Part shown: positions 26,444 through 39,100 of the stretch, one piece after another
Position numbering within the stretch: position 1 is the stretch's first letter
Layout of the letters: each line of letters starts with the position of its first letter
Assembly: GCA_036172245.1 (NCBI GenBank)
Contig: JAYWIR010000001.1
Location: 5,890,001-5,954,000, forward strand
DNA from: Raillietiella orientalis
Lineage: Eukaryota
Direction: 5' to 3'
Length of the DNA: 64,000 nt
Position numbers and translations under genes: made by a program
The notes under the pieces: generated by a model
What the model was told of the DNA's origin: nothing
Database searches by the model: none
What the model saw: only the letters and a program-made list of their open reading frames with translations

Positions 26444-29400
26444 GGGTGTCGCACTGCCGAGAGCGTGGTCACACCGCCTATCTGCGAGCTGTCGGGTATC
26501 ACGAATCGCGGCCCGCGAGCGAATTGCCTACGTCGCGTAGGAGGGACCGAGTGGAAAATCCCGGCCAAGGGAACAGGTGGTTCGCAATCCACCGTCCCGC
26601 ACGGCACCACGCCGAAAGCAGCCGCCGCGTTCACGCACTCCCCGATCCGAGGCGGCGGGCAGACTTTCACCGCCCGTCCCGAGTGCCAGGCCGAAAATCG
26701 AGCAGCAAGGGGCAAGCGAGCGTGCCTGCGGTGACGCATGCGCGCGCGCGCGCGTCGCCCGCTCCTCGCGACCCGGGGGCTTCCGCGTCCGGAAAAACGC
26801 GCGCGCATGCAACAGTTTTCGGTGGGCGCGAGCGAGAAGGCTTTCCGAGCTCCAAGAGCGACAGTGCGCGTCCTCGCACGCACGACTCAGCCTCAACCAA
26901 TTTGTGCGTCGGGACGACTGAAAGGGGGGGGGGGGGCAGACGCGTATACCTGGGGGTCGGGCAGCCCGAGAGTTCGGCATACAGCGATCCAAAGAGGGCG
27001 TGGTCGCTCAGCACGTAGGGTAACTGGGTGCTGGGAAGAGGTCGTTTCGGAGGCATCGCGCTCAGCTCGGGAACGGAAGGATTCGGGGGCGCCAGCGCGG
27101 GACTGCGCACTCACCTGCCCAGCCTGTAGCTGCTGGGCGTGTGAGACGGGGCAGCCCTGCTACGTCGGTCCGACTCGTGGTGGAGACCGTCGCTGGAGGC
27201 GCTGCGATCGCCGGGTGGCAGGGGGGAGCCCCCCCTCCTACTTCAGCTATCCCGGATGGGCACGTGGGGGTCAGACACGGAGCAGGAGAGTTGGTCGGCC
27301 TTCCCAGGGCCGAAAGACTCCTTTACTAGAGGGGGAGGATGCGTCGTGTGCACGGGGACCGGAGGCGCTTAGAGAGTTGCCGGGGGCATTTGAGATCTCT
27401 CGCGCCTTCCTGCGCGCTCTCGCCGTCCCAGACTCTGGGGTCGAGGGAGAACCGCGGTCCCCTCTTCTGCTGTTTCCTAGCGCGCCTGCAGCGTTCGCCT
27501 GGTCTAGCCGCTGCTTCCGAATGCCCCTCGCCGCCGCGCCGCCGTAGCGACGACCACTTTACCACGCGGTGCCCCCCTGTGATGGGTCGTGAGCGCGCGG
27601 AAGCGCCGCATCGGCCGGAGCCTCCAGGAAGGTCACGGGCGAGAGAGGATGGGGAGGCTGCGACCTTCGGGAGCCTTGGGGTAGGGGGGGGGGGGAAGAA
27701 AAGGGGGAGACTTCTACCCCTTGTATCAAACGATGGTGGTAGCGAAAGTCCCGCCCATCCCGGATAGCCACCGCTCCTCCTCCCTGTGGTTCCGGGTCGC
27801 GCTGCCGTACGCGCCTTCCCTGAACGGCGGCGGCGGCGGCGACGTCCGGGCGCTGCCTTCTTCCGTCCCTTCGCTGTCGCCTCCCCTTCCCAGGCTGGGA
27901 AGGGGCCTGCCTCTCCCTCCTTCCCAAACAAACTGCGCCAAACAGTGTGCTGACGCGACAAGAAAACGGCGCTAGCGGAACGTGGGGGCGTGCGGCGGCG
28001 GCGGCGGCGGCGGCGGCGTAGTCTTGCGGTGGGAGGGGGGAAGCGTGTCCGGCCCGCCTGGCCTCGCACTGCACATGGAGAAGGTGCCGCCGCCGCCTGA
28101 TGGCCGTGGTGTGCTCGGCGGCGGCGGCGGCTGTTGCGCGCTGCACTACGCGCTGCGGGCCACGTGTCGGGACAGATCCAGTGGGTTGGGGCACACGCAC
28201 GACCGAGCCCACATCTCCGGCCGCTGCTGCTGCGCAACAGCAGCAGCAGCACAGAACGCTGCTGCTTTCCCACGAGGGGGAGACTCAACAATGACTAAAA
28301 ATAAAAACCATTAGGCTAAGATGGAAATCAAATGGAAAGCATGCGGCAAAGCAGAACGGCGACCGGCGAGCAACACCCCCACAGTGTTGCCAACCACGAC
28401 GAGCAGCAGAGGCTGCGAAGGGGGCGCTTTGATACGCTCCGCTCATCATTGTTGAAGGATGATGATGATGATGATCCGGGAGTAACCTTCACCGCGGAAA
28501 GTTCGTCAGCTCGCGCGCTCAGACTCGTGACTTCCGAGGAAGCGAAAAAACAACAAAGGGAGACGGCGCTGAAGAGGAAGGGGGGAGAGAAATGGGAAAC
28601 GCCGCCGCTCGCGCAATCCCGCTTCTGGATTTCGTTGCTTCTCGAGAGTTTCTCGGAATCCGGGAAGATGCTCCCGGGAAGATCGCTAAATTACAGAGAT
28701 ACGCCAGCTGCTGGAGAGAGAGCTTCGTGTGCTCCTTCATGTACGTCTCGGAAATCTCGCTCCCTTTCCTTCCTGTATTCGGGGAGGGGGGGGGGATCTT
28801 TCTTTCACCTGGAAGATCCTTCGAAGGCGCACGGGAGGAAAGAATCCCACTTCGGCGACCGAATTTCCGCAAGGATGGGGAATGAAAGCGCGGCGGCGGT
28901 TGCGAGGCAGGGAGAGGGGCCAGAGACGCACCTGTTCCCCCCCCCCCCCCTCCGCGCCAGGCCACTCCGGCAAGCGTGGTTTTACGCGAGTGGTTCTTCT
29001 GCACGTCCGTTTCGGTGGCGGTGGGAACCTTTCCTCAAAGAAGGCACGCATCCAGCACCAGGCGTCCGAGGAGCAACCACTTTGCCGTCACACTCACTAC
29101 CCATCCACTCGACTCTGCTGTGCTGCCGCCAGCTGCTCGTGCAGGCAGCTTGGATTCGGCGTGCTCGAGCAATGCATGTGCAGCACGGGGAGTGTTTCGA
29201 TGGCTTACGGAAAACCCTCAACTTGCGAGGCCGTCGTCACCTTTTCGGTTCGTCCGCTTCCAGCTGATGAATATGCTCTATATGCATGAACTACCCAGGA
29301 AAAGAGAAAATGCATACAATTTACGATGACACTGCTGCCTCTTTGCGGACCCTCGGTTTCACCAAAACTTCGTGTTTGGCGAAACGAATTCGAGCTCGGA

Positions 29401-31346
29401 ACACTCTTCCCGTGCTAGCTCACCAGAGTGACACGAGGTGATGGCACTCAAGTACCTTCGGGAACGGTCCTCCGAGAAGAAATCTGCTACACCCAAGGTG
29501 CGGCAGGAATCCCCACTTCGATGACCGAATTTCCTGGCACGGTTCTCCCGTTCCGGAATGCGTCCGGATGCGATGATGATCGTGCATTCAGCATCATCGA
29601 AGATCACCATTCTTGAGTTCTGGTCGAGAAACAGGGAGCTGCAAGCCGTCAGAGCCCGCTGGAAACGCCGCGACGCCGGCATGACGTCAAGAAATGCTCG
29701 TCGGCACGGTGGGGGGGAGGAGGAGGAGGAGGAGGAGGAAACTTGGGTATTCAACAAGATGGCTGCTCTGCCAACATGGGAACACGTGCGCGCAATTCCC
29801 AGCGAAAGCAACGCAAGCACTGAAATGCCGAGCGTGATGGCGCGTTTTTAAAAATAACAGAAGCGGAGTGTCAACAATGGAAATTGCGTTTCCGTTACCT
29901 TGGGGACGATCAGTGGAATCGATGCGGAGGAATCGAAACTCCGCTCGCGCCGCGTGTGCGTGTGTGCGCAAAGGGATGGAGGAGGAGAGAGAAAGACCCC
30001 CAAAGAGGAAGACGGGAGCGACGAATGGGAGCAGAGAAAAAAGAAAAAGAGGAAGGTGATGAAGAAGAAGAAGAAAAAACAAAAAGCATCAGCTGAGACA
30101 AGACGAAGAGCAGCCGCTCCTTTGTTGACTTTACACGTGGCAGTCCACGCGGGATGACTCGCTAGACGGAACTGGCGTTCGCCATTTACGAAAAAATTCG
30201 CTATTTGTGCGGAAACTGGCCTGATCCGGCCTACGGACCCGCTGGACGCAGGAACTCCCCTGCGGCCAGACCGTAGAGGCGATCCTGTCCCGAGGAGGCG
30301 AAGCGTTCGTTTCCCGCAGCGTGCCTCCCGGTCGGTCCTCCGCAGGGAGATGCTGCCGCGCACGCGCGCGCCCTGGTACCGTGAACATCCGTGCTTCCCT
30401 GCCCTGCCCTTCCCACCCGGAGCATTCCGGGTCGCGGGCGTCCTTGCTGAGTTCACTAGAAGCGAGGGAGAGGCCGTTTGCAGCGTCCCCAGCGCCAAGA
30501 CCACCTGCTTTTTGAACCGGTGATGACAAGGACGGGGAAAAAGAGAGATGCAGGAGCGAGAGGGAATCGAAACGGCCTGCCTCCCTTCCGTCCTCCTTTC
30601 CTGCCCTCGCCCGCTCCCGTTTCGTACCGAGGGTCTGGAAGGCGAACCCTGCAAATGGTCCCTCGGAGGAAGGAGATTGGGAAGCAACCGAGCAACACAG
30701 GTTGCTTGTTGGGAACGCCTCCTCTGATTAAGGCCCGCCTGGTCGAACGGTGCATACGCTGTCCTCCGAGACCGGGGAGGGGGAAGCGATGGGTGCCGCA
30801 ATGGGAGGACGGCGAGAAGGGAGGAAGCGGGGACCCTCGCGCCGAACCGTCCTCCAGCTCTAAGAGGAACAGGGCGCGCACCGCTCGCCTTCCGGGAGAG
30901 GAGGAGAGGGCCGCTCTCGGTCGCTCGCCTGCGACGCCGCCCGGGTTTTTGCCCAGCTCACCCGCCCCCCGCGCGCGAACCCTCAAGCAGGCGGAGTCGG
31001 CCGTGAAGTGGCGGCAGGCCGACGGCGCCTCTGCGGCGGAGGGAGGTTGCGTTCGCCCGCCAAGTCTCGCGCGGAGAGCACGCGGGTCCCCCTTCCGTTT
31101 GTCGGTGGCCAGGCCGCAGGCGGCTTCGTCGGCAGGCGAGATCGGCGGCGAGAGGCGGGAAGACCGCTTCTCGCTCCTTCAGGTTCCTCCTTTTCGGCCA
31201 CGCCTTGCCTTGGACCCTCCTCGCGCCGCCCATCCCGTCAAGGTCGTTACGTTTTCCGTTCCGATCACTCTCCCATGGTCCTCCATCGACCACCCTCTAC
31301 CGCTCGCCGAAGAGCTTCTTCTCTGTGCGCGCGCACCTCCTGAACC

Positions 31347-31348
<2 letters not shown>

Positions 31349-31398
<50 letters not shown>
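31349..31398. repeat. (AG)25 microsatellite
   Basis: Read directly. Similar GA/CT tracts occur near 33470, 34580, 45130 and 62230. Confidence 0.95.
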
Positions 31399-31402
<4 letters not shown>

Positions 31403-34400
31403 GGGGGAGGCTCTTCCCTCCCCCCACTCCTTGTGAGCGCACGGATGCTGCTATGGCAGATCTCGCTTAGAGTCCTTGGCGGCCCTTTTGTCGCGGTGGC
31501 AGCAGCAGCAGCGCTTCCGCTCCCCTGGAGGGAGGGGGCAGGAGCTGTTGGTGACCACTGGAGAGCTCAGCCGGAGCGCAGCGTCAGCGATAGGTGGGGC
31601 GGGGTCTTCTCGCTACCGAGAGAAGGATGCTGCCTTTCGGCAAGGAGTAGACGGGGCAACCCGGGATGGGACGAGCTTTCAGGGGAAGGAGGGTGAGGAT
31701 TCACCCGGGGAAGAGGCTCCGAGGAGGCTGTCGAGGGAGCTCGCGGACGGTTGCCAGGGTGAAAAGTCGGGGGCCACCGAGGCAGAGGAGTAGGAGAAGT
31801 AGTCGCATCGCCTGTGCGAGGACAGAAGCCGCCGCCCTTGAGGGGCTAAGCTCGGCGGTGACCCCGCACCGCGGCCTGTGGGACGCAGCCTCCTCCGGTG
31901 GAGAGTCCGTCCCCGCTCGGAAGATCCCGGACCCCGTGCCCAGCGGCCGGCTTCCCCGGCGAGGCGCGCGCGCCATCTCTCTGTCCTCCGGGCGGGGTTT
32001 CTTCTCGCCGGTGGCGTGCTAGAAAAGGTCCAGGTTGTTTTCCTAATCTCCCTGACGGGGCATCTCTCCTCTCTGCTTGCCTGCTGAACTGCGACGTGTC
32101 CCTCAAGCCATCGTTCCATCTCGTTGGCGTCCGAGGATTCTGCTGGGCACTCTCCTCCTAGATCGCCCCGCGTTTTGTTTTTTTTTCCTACCTTCGTGGG
32201 AATAGGGGGGGGGGGGAAACGAGGCACAGATGGGCTTACAGAGGGAAGGGAAAGGGGTGCACTCGAGCGCTCCTCGCGCCGGTGGTTTGTGGCTGCCGGA
32301 GACGAGCAAACGTTCGCCAGGTCCTGAACAGATCGCCGCAGCGGACTCTTCTGCAACGCAGCGGTATGCTCGTGGTCTCCAACCCATAGTACGGCTTGGC
32401 TAGCAAAGCGGGCAGGCGCTGTCGGTCGGTCGGTCGGAGGGCTCTCGCAGGAGCGTCTGGAAGAGAAGTCCGCGACCGGAAATTCTCTGCGAACCGTGGC
32501 GAGTGTCCGAACTGCAGTGGTTACCTCCAGAATCTTCCTTCCGAGTCCTCTTCTTCCGCACGGCGTTCCCGTTTTCCCTGGGAATGCAAGGGGCAACTTG
32601 CTCCTCGGACCCGTGGGCGGTCTCACTGCCAGCTCCCCTCTGAGAAGCACTCTCCCTGCCTCCGCACGCGCGCGCCAGCGGTCCTCCTTCCTCTAGGTGC
32701 TCCCACGTCCCCCGGCTGCCGCTGCTGTTTGCGCGGCGATTCCGTGACTCAGCCCCGCCGCACTCCAACAGCCGCGCTCATGAGGAGTGCGGAAGGAGTG
32801 CGGAGAGAGGGGAGTTTCGCGAACGTGGAAAACCAGGCGGCGGGGCAGTTCGGAGAACCGTCGAGGGATCCCGCGCTCCCGCCGCTGTCACGCATCTCTG
32901 CGGATGCGAGTTCCTCCGGGAGTTCCCCTGTTACCTGTCTCGGGTTTCCGCACGAGATACCATCGCCAGCGTGCTGTGGAAGAGAGTCTGCGCCGGATCG
33001 CCGGGGAGTGCGCCCGCCAAAGTCGCATCCGCGGGCCCCCGGAAAACGTTCCACGGATCGCGGAACGCCGCCGTCCCCTGCCTTCTCCAAGTCGATCGGC
33101 GGCCGTTCATTCAGGCTCGCGTTGGATTCCCTGCCAAACGGTTCCCACGGTTCGCTACTCGACATTTTTTCCCCCTCCTCCTCCTCCACTCCTCCTTTCC
33201 AGCGACACTCCGACATCTAGGATGATCTCCCCGAATGTCCTCCCGCGTCTCCATGCGAACGCAACAACAATGGCCTGCGATCGATCTAACTTTGTACTCT
33301 TCTATTTTTAAATCGAACGATCCTCCTCCGCGTTTCCATGCGCATTAGAGCTCACGCAACAATTGCACCGAGAAAAGGGGGGGGGGGTGCGGGGAGGAGG
33401 AAGGAAGGGGAGGAAGGGGGGAGATGAGGAGCGAAGAAAAAGAAAGAAAGGAAGAAAAAGCGCGCGCGCGAGAGAGAGAGAGAGAGAGAAAGAGAGAAAG
33501 GGAGAGAGAATGCAGAGTGCTTCCGAAATTCACAAGATCGTTCCTGTAATTGCAACGAAATTGTGAGATTAGAGGGGTATTCACGTACAGTCAACACAAG
33601 CGCTTCAATCGCGCCGCAAGTGTTCCTGCATCTGGAACATGATGAGTCAATTTAAATCCTGCCATGATTTGCATGCTCCTTTAAAGCTCCAAAAATTGAA
33701 GAAGCAATATTTAATTTAGGGGTGCTTTTGAATAGCGTGGCGAGCACATTTGCGTCAGAGGAGCCATTCCGCCGGAGCGTTCGGTTCGATCTGTCACATT
33801 TTCGACAGCCATCACCACCGAAGCACTTGGAGCGCGCGATTACAACAGTTTGTGGAGGGGCAGCGTCCTTTCTCCTCCTCGCCGTTGGGCGAAATACCAC
33901 CGGGGCTCCTCCTCAGGACGACGTGGTAGTGGCACACGAGGGAGAGAGGTTTTTCTCCCCTCCTTCTTCTTCTTCTTCTTCTTTTGGCTTCTTCTTCTTC
34001 TTCTTCCCCCCCCACCTTCCCCCCCCTTTCGAAGAAGAAGAATTTATTTACGTTCTTGGGTACCCTCGCCACGAGTGCAGTATTCTACTACTCCCAGCAA
34101 AATTCGCACCGAGCACAAAGGCAGTACGTTAGAACTTTCGAGCACTTGGGAAAAAAAAAAAAAAAAAAAAAAAAGGAAAAAAGAGAGAAAGAAAAATTTC
34201 CACTCAACTTTATTTTGCCAGGGCATCGAGTCGAGTTTCTTATTAAGGCGATCGCCCGGCGATTTTACCTCGACGGGGGGGGGGAACTGGTCCAAGATTT
34301 TTCGGCAGAGGGATGTGGGGCTCGCGGTGGCGCAATTCATGCAAACTGGGGGGTCCGTAGACAGATAGACAGACAGACAGACCCAAGCAACCACCCTCCC

Positions 34401-36110
34401 TCCTCGAAAAACACACGCAAAAACAAAAACATGGCTAATTACATCGAGCTCATTCATTAAAAATAAAAAAAATAAAAAAAAAAAAGAAGAAGAAGAGGAG
34501 AGAAAACCGGCAATCAGGTGAATGGTTCGAATTTCGTGGACAGCCCCCCTCTCCCCGACCCCATCCTTTTCCAATTCCTTTTCTCTCTCTCTCTCTCTCT
34601 CTCGCTCCCCCCTTTTTTCCTTTTTTCCAGCCTTACAAACCCATAGATTGCGAAACTTTACAACCTGCGAGGAGCATTTCTACTACTGCGAACAAGTCCA
34701 TACGTGTTGCATTGATCTCCCGGAGCGTAGTTCACCAATAATTACGATTTTATTCTGAATCAGCTGAAAATATCGCATGCAGCCCTGAAACCCAATAGCG
34801 AATCAAAATCTGCTATCGATTGCAGTACGTCCATGTGTAGCCGCCGGAGCCAATAGTTACCTACTCAAGGTAGCTCATTCACCATTTTTAGTACCCTCAG
34901 TTGTGACGACACGCTCGCACTTGAGACGAGCGGGTGATTGTTCTGCGAAGCGATTGTGGGTTAAGGATGCACTGCCGCCCAGCAAAGGATAAAGGCAACC
35001 CACGGATTTGTGTGATCACGGCCACGGCACGTTGAGATCGGTACGGGCTGCTGCTGCTGCTGCTGCTGCATGCATCTCAGTATGTTTTCATGCTTATCTG
35101 ATGCGTAAATTGCTGTCGAGTAATGTTCATGTGTGTGCATGATTTGTACCAGTAGGAACGCTTGCTTATTTCATGAACCCATAAAAAAGAAAAAAAAAAT
35201 CGTATTTGAAATTCCAGAGTAGTGTTGTGATCTCAGGACTGGTCGTGTGTGTTGTTGTTTTTTTTCCCCCCCCCTCCCCCTTTTTTCAAGTTTCATCCCC
35301 CCCCCTTCTCCCCCGAGAAGAAAAAAAAAAAAAAAACGTCTTAGAGCACGAATCGGAGCACTTCTAGGTGATCCGAGCTTTTCCTTCATCCGGGAAGGGA
35401 AAAATGTTTTTTTGGCTGGTTAAAGCAAGCAGATCAGTTGGAATGGTGCGTGGAAGATGCGTTTTGTGCACCATTTAGGTGTACACGAAATTTGCTTGGT
35501 GCTTTGTTTCGTACTCTCGAGTGTTTTCAGCCTTCGTGAACGGTCACTTTGAATGCATTGCAAATAATTTTTGAACGTACAGGGTAATGTACTTCGGTGT
35601 CCAGTTCGAATCACAACAAGTACGATGGCAGGTGACCGTTTCCGGAGTACGACTTCCCGTGTGTGATTCGAAATCACCCTCCACTATCGAAAGGAGATAA
35701 TCATTCTGCTCAAGTTTCCTACGTGGTTTTAGCAATTGCCGTGAAACAAAACACAGTTTCAAATCTTGATTTTTATTTTTTCATTTTTTTCAAACATTGC
35801 ATGAAAACTTTTTGCTTAAACTTTTCAATTTAATATCGGAAAAGTTTCCAAAAATTCAATGTAGAGTTCATCACGTTGTTTTTCTAGCTGGACTTGGATC
35901 AATATTTTAATTTTTGAGATAGAATGTATGGAGATCCTCCACCCATCCAAGCACCTATGCAATCATATTTGGCAGAAAACATTTTATTAAAAGAATTCAC
36001 TGAATCCTTGAACAAATAAATGACACCCTTAATTTATAAAGTTTAAAATGTCATACATGCTCATTTGACTGAGCTATGTAGCTGCATTTATAAATTACTA
36101 GAAGTCAATT

Positions 36111-39100
36111 ATGGAAAATGGAATAAAAAGCGTATGTGAAAATGGTGTTCAAGATGTTAATCCAGGGATAAAGGGTACTTCAAATTCCATTGTACCAAAA
36201 AAGAGAAAATACGACTTTTCCAATTTCGAGGCAAAGAATATCCATTCTGAAGAAAATAATGAAAATGAATACAAATTTATGAAAAAACAAAATCAAAAAT
36301 GCCAAGAAACTTGTTCCAATTATCCTTTCAACAGCCATGAGTCTTGCATCCTGTATAAAGAAGCAAGACTGAATACAAGTGTTATAAAAACAAATAATGT
36401 GATTACGTCGACAGTTATTAATTTGTCAGATGCAAATAAAACTTTGCAAACCTATGATATCAATGTCTCTCCAAGAATATCAGAACAGATTCCCAATTGT
36501 AGTCTTGAAAGTCATGTGTTTAGTAAGTTCAATAGTTTAAATAGTCTTCCCGATAATGTAGGTCAATCAAATTCTAAACAAGCAGTCTATAATTCAGTGC
36601 TTAAACATAGTCCTTATCAAGATAATTCGTTAAGTAACTTTCCAAGACATGCTGGTATTTTTGCCAAAACTATAAGTGATCCATATGCCAAACATGTGTT
36701 TCATTCTGCACCCTTAAATCTTTCAAGTGGAAATACCAACAACTTTGAATCAAAGCCATCATGTGTTAGCTTGCAAATTTCTACTAGTGGATGTAGTACT
36801 TCCTATTCTGAAGTTTCCAAAAAATCTTTGGAGCACATTCCAAATCCGAACTTCGATCACAAAGTCTTTAAAAGTTTCATAAATTTAAATGATTGGAAAT
36901 TTTATAGAGTCCTTTGCAAAAAAGGCCAAGTGTTCATGCCAGCTATGATCAATCATGTGCAATACTACAGCAATGGTGCATGGAGTTTGGGAGTAGTGTT
37001 TGACGAAAATCAACAAGAGATGTTTTATCATGATGTTCTGGGTGTAGGGAAAGATAGTATAATAAGTGATTGTTCTCCTTCTCATTCTTCATTAGAGAAG
37101 GGAATGAAACTGTGTGTTAAGGTTGACCATGATCAACAGTACTTTATTGAGTGTGTTCTATGTGATGTGAACATCGAGAATTGTATATATTACACTGTGC
37201 GATTGGTTGGCAAAAATCCTGGAGAAAAATGTGTTACTCGTCCACACCTGAGATTGCTGCAACCACCATGGTTGGAAGAATTAGAAAATAATTTAATGTC
37301 ATCTAAAGCTGACAGTATTCTATGCCAGCACATAAATGGTATGTATAGTTAATTTTATTACAGGAGATCCATTATGTAGCATCCTCTTGCATGAATATTA
37401 TTAAGGTACCCTGTCTACCAGTTCTGATGAACAAAAAAAAAGGAATTGTGATTATGAATATGATAGTGAAGATGAGTTGAAGAAAGACATCACTTTTGAG
37501 CAAAGTGCAGGTAATAATGAAATGTTGCATTGAAAATTGGTTTCCGTAATCACAGGTTTTTATTTACTAAACTTCTGTCCTTTTGTAGTATGCCAGCACA
37601 ACAATTGTTAAAACGTTGTTTTCCTCTCTCAGGAATGGGTTTGTCTGGGAGGTCATTATCTTTAACACCAGGAGCACTAGGAGAAGGTGTGAAGCTTATT
37701 GGACCCCGAGGTTCTATGCAGAGCCGAGCAAGCACTTCAAGTTTGACTGAGCATTCCTATGGCGGAGGAGTACGTTCCCAGCCCACAACACCTCGGTTTG
37801 TTTATTTTGCATACTTCTTCAGAACTGTGCTCACGCACAAATTCATGACACATCTGGTCAGCCGTTTTGGGATTGTGCATATTTAGGGAGGTGAAATTTT
37901 GTTGGATCTTAAAGGGGCTTGGTAACAAGTGAATGAGCAAAAAGAGAAAAAAAGAGAGAGAGATACTGATACACAAATACAGTCATTAGATGACTCGTAA
38001 ATGTTATCCATGATAATGATGAGGTAAAAAAGTGGATTAAAAGTGAGATGTGGATGCTGGATATGAAAAATCCAAGCACTGTTCAAGTGTAAAATGGAAT
38101 TCAAGGAAGATATTCAACTAGCTATTCAATTGCTTACCTAATTACTGATGCTGTTCTTTTATGTGTGCTCATGTTTGTGAAATGTTGTTAGCTTTTTGTG
38201 GTTTTATTCAGGATTATTGTTCTCTTCTTCTGTCACCAGATCAGCTGCTGCAACACCCCCAAAATATAAGAAAGGAGATGTCATTGCTACCCCAAGTGGT
38301 ATTCGTAAAAAATTCAACGGCAAACAGTGGAGACGGTTATGTTCCAAAGAAGGATGCACTAAAGAATCCCAGCGCCGTGGTTATTGTTCACGACACCTCA
38401 GTCTCAAAGGCAAAGGCTTACGAAATACGTCTGCGGAGTTCTTGAGCAGGTTGGCATTCTCTTATTAGAGCTCATAGGATTTGGAGTGCCTTTATACAGC
38501 TCTTCTTCCAAAAGCAAGCCATCATCTTTGGACCATCCAGAAATGGATTGGGATGACTTGTCTAGAGACTCTTTCAGTCCTCCAGATAAGAATAGAGTTG
38601 CTGGTCGATTTGACCAAGAGGAAACCGAAGCAGCAAACATGCTGGGTAAGAGTGTCTAGTTGGTTTGTGAATCAATTTTCTTCAAATCTTTTAGTGTCTT
38701 TAGGAAATTCACGCTCGACTACACCTGTATTCTCTCCATCTTCTCGAGGAGGCTCTCCTGTGTCATCTCGCTCTCCTATCCTTCACCCTAACATGTTTAT
38801 GCCAATCAATCATCCATCTGAGGTTACTCCATCTCCAGTAGGTATCAAATGGAATAAAACACAGCAGCTCAAAGTAGCATCCTCTCAGTGTCCCAAAAGA
38901 TCAGGACGGTAATTCGAATCTGTAGACATGAGCACTATATTATATTTTGCTATCACCTTTTCAGGCCAGAACTCATCTTCCATTCAGTCATTGAAGCATG
39001 TCCTTCAAACACAAGGATTGTCTGCACATCCCCTTCCCTCAGTAATACAATCACCAAGAATCCATCTGATATGCAAAGAGAAAGAGAAATCTTTGTTTCT

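Noticed and set aside
29600-29820. ILEFWSRNREL...WVFNKM, faintly like a hAT dimerisation domain
   Set aside because: The core SERxFS motif is absent, it is interrupted by a GAG repeat, and no TIRs or upstream transposase were seen.
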